Assembly (NCBI GenBank): GCA_963841385.1 | Contig: CAWJCO010000005.1 | Location: 419,434 to 483,433, forward strand | Reading direction: 5' to 3' | From: an uncultured Chloroflexia bacterium | Lineage (GTDB): Bacteria; Chloroflexota; Dormibacteria; Aeolococcales; Aeolococcaceae | DNA length: 64,000 nt | Shown: one piece after another, positions 63,029 through 64,000 of the stretch | Layout of the letters: the number at the start of each line of letters is the position of its first letter | How positions within the stretch are numbered: the first letter of the stretch is position 1 | Notes under the pieces: model-generated | The model's database searches: none | Seen by the model: only the letters and a program-made list of their open reading frames with translations | Told to the model about the DNA's origin: nothing | Made by a program: the position numbers and the translations under genes

Positions 63029-64000
63029 ATGCCTGACCCCGGGGGCTCCGGGCCCCTCACCGAGCCCGGCGGACCGCTGCGCAGGCTGCTTCTCGCCCTG
63101 GTCGGACTGCTGGTCCTGCTCGTCTACGGGACCGTCGGGTACATGGTGATCGAGCGTTACAGCTTCCTGGACGCGCTCTTCATGACGGTGATCACGGTGA
63201 GCACCGTGGGCTTCCAGGAGGTGCATCACCTGGACGCGGCCGGCCAGGCCTTCACCATCTCGGTGATCGTCCTCGGGGTCATCGGTTTCCTCTACGCCTT
63301 CGGGATGCTCGTGGAGCTATTGTCGAGTGGCGATTTGCAGCGCCACCGGAGGGTTCGTCAGGTGCAGCGCCGGCTGGACGCACTGCGGGACCACGTGATC
63401 GTCTGCGGATACGGCCGCACCGGGCGGCAGGCGGGCATCGAGCTCACCCAGTCCCAGCAGCAGTTCGTGGTCATCGAGTGGAACCCGGACGGGCTCGCCA
63501 ACGTGGAGCAGGACAGGGTTCTCCACGTCCTTGGCGACGCCTCCGACGACGAGGTCCTGGAGCGGGCGGGGATCGGCCGCGCCCGGGCCCTGATCAGCGC
63601 CGTCGACTCCGACGAGCGCAACGTCTACATCGTGCTCACCGCGCGCTCGCTCCGGCCCGACATCTACATCGTCGCCCGGTCCTCCCACCCCGACTCGGCC
63701 GAGAAGCTGCGCCGCGCCGGGGCCGACCGGGTGGTCAGCCCGTACACCCTGAGCGGACGGCGGATGGCGGCGCTGGCGATGCAGCCGGCGGTGGTGGACA
63801 CCTTCGACCTGCTGGTCGGAGGCGCCGACAGCTCGATGCGGGTTGAGGAGCTCGTGGTGGGCGCCGATGCGGGGCGCGCGCGCACCGCCGGCGACCTGCG
63901 CCGCTCCGGGGCGGTCCTGCTCGCGCTGCGGTCCGGCGACGGCGCGCTCCGGGTAGGTCCCGGCGACGAGGACGTGCTCCGCCAGGACGACATCGTGGTC
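63029..64000 (+). CDS. Two-TM cation channel fused to TrkA-N/TrkA-C (RCK) domains; 3' end beyond the window
   Basis: My own translation from ATG 63029: ...LLVLLVYGTVGYMVIERYSFLDALFMTVITVSTVGFQEV...HVIVCGYGRTGRQAG (Rossmann GxGxxG) ...ALISAVDSDERNVYIVLTAR...RVVSPYTLSGRRMA. Open to position 64000, so it is absent from the ORF track. Confidence 0.8.
   Translation, partial: MPDPGGSGPLTEPGGPLRRLLLALVGLLVLLVYGTVGYMVIERYSFLDALFMTVITVSTVGFQEVHHLDAAGQAFTISVIVLGVIGFLYAFGMLVELLSSGDLQRHRRVRQVQRRLDALRDHVIVCGYGRTGRQAGIELTQSQQQFVVIEWNPDGLANVEQDRVLHVLGDASDDEVLERAGIGRARALISAVDSDERNVYIVLTARSLRPDIYIVARSSHPDSAEKLRRAGADRVVSPYTLSGRRMAALAMQPAVVDTFDLLVGGADSSMRVEELVVGADAGRARTAGDLRRSGAVLLALRSGDGALRVGPGDEDVLRQDDIVV

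Noticed and set aside
1-64000. CRISPR arrays, IS elements or transposases, integrases, rRNA genes, defence-system genes
   Set aside because: A scan of both strands and the ORF track showed no repeat-spacer arrays, no terminal inverted repeats flanking transposase-like ORFs, and no recognisable nuclease, helicase or methylase defence modules.

Overview
Very GC-rich bacterial chromosomal window. GC was judged by eye and not computed. GTG/TTG starts and 4-nt ATGA/GTGA gene overlaps are frequent. The gene content looks Actinomycetota-like or from a related terrestrial high-GC lineage: F420-type DDN nitroreductase, HspR-like MerR, GT87, KorAB, DUF4190, SipW-type signal peptide. No transposases, integrases, CRISPR arrays or rRNA genes were seen, and there is one tRNA (Gln-CUG). 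Main blocks follow. (1) 1-4260: partial CsoR-like repressor with an operator-like palindrome, DDN nitroreductase, 2TM protein, GntR regulator, secreted GH5 glycosidase, MarR. (2) 4182-14798, minus strand: a hopanoid biosynthesis supercluster in the order polyprenyl synthase, type-2 IPP isomerase, HpnC-HpnD in-frame fusion, HpnE, squalene-hopene cyclase, HpnH, HpnA, HpnG. It faces a divergent MarR plus two tandem UPF0104 (HpnL-like) membrane proteins at 14978-17572. (3) 18069-24480: a five-gene peptide-type ABC importer. (4) 24487-29639: orphan GAF histidine kinase, OsmC, EamA exporter, TasA/camelysin-like secreted protein, PheA, DUF4190. (5) 29880-37216: envelope block with a frameshifted polytopic membrane protein and three GT-C-type membrane glycosyltransferases. 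(6) 37314-46648: KorAB, aldo-keto reductase, PEBP, citrate synthase, coiled-coil CHAP hydrolase, NRAMP, tRNA-Gln. (7) 46923-52409: signalling block with FIST, a GAF-GGDEF-EAL gene interrupted by one in-frame TAG, a zinc-ribbon protein and an orphan MCP. (8) 52498-56718, minus strand: operon of UPF0104 flippase-like protein, GalE-like epimerase, UDP-sulfoquinovose synthase SqdB and a Dpm1-like GT2. This is the best candidate for an undescribed system, namely a lipid-carrier-linked sulfoquinovose glycosylation route. (9) 56895-64000: small membrane and zinc-finger proteins, a holin-like/DUF3618 pair, a MerR-CheY-MerR triad, OtsA and a partial TrkA-type channel with an atypical filter. All family assignments come from reading motifs in the translations. 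No database search was run.
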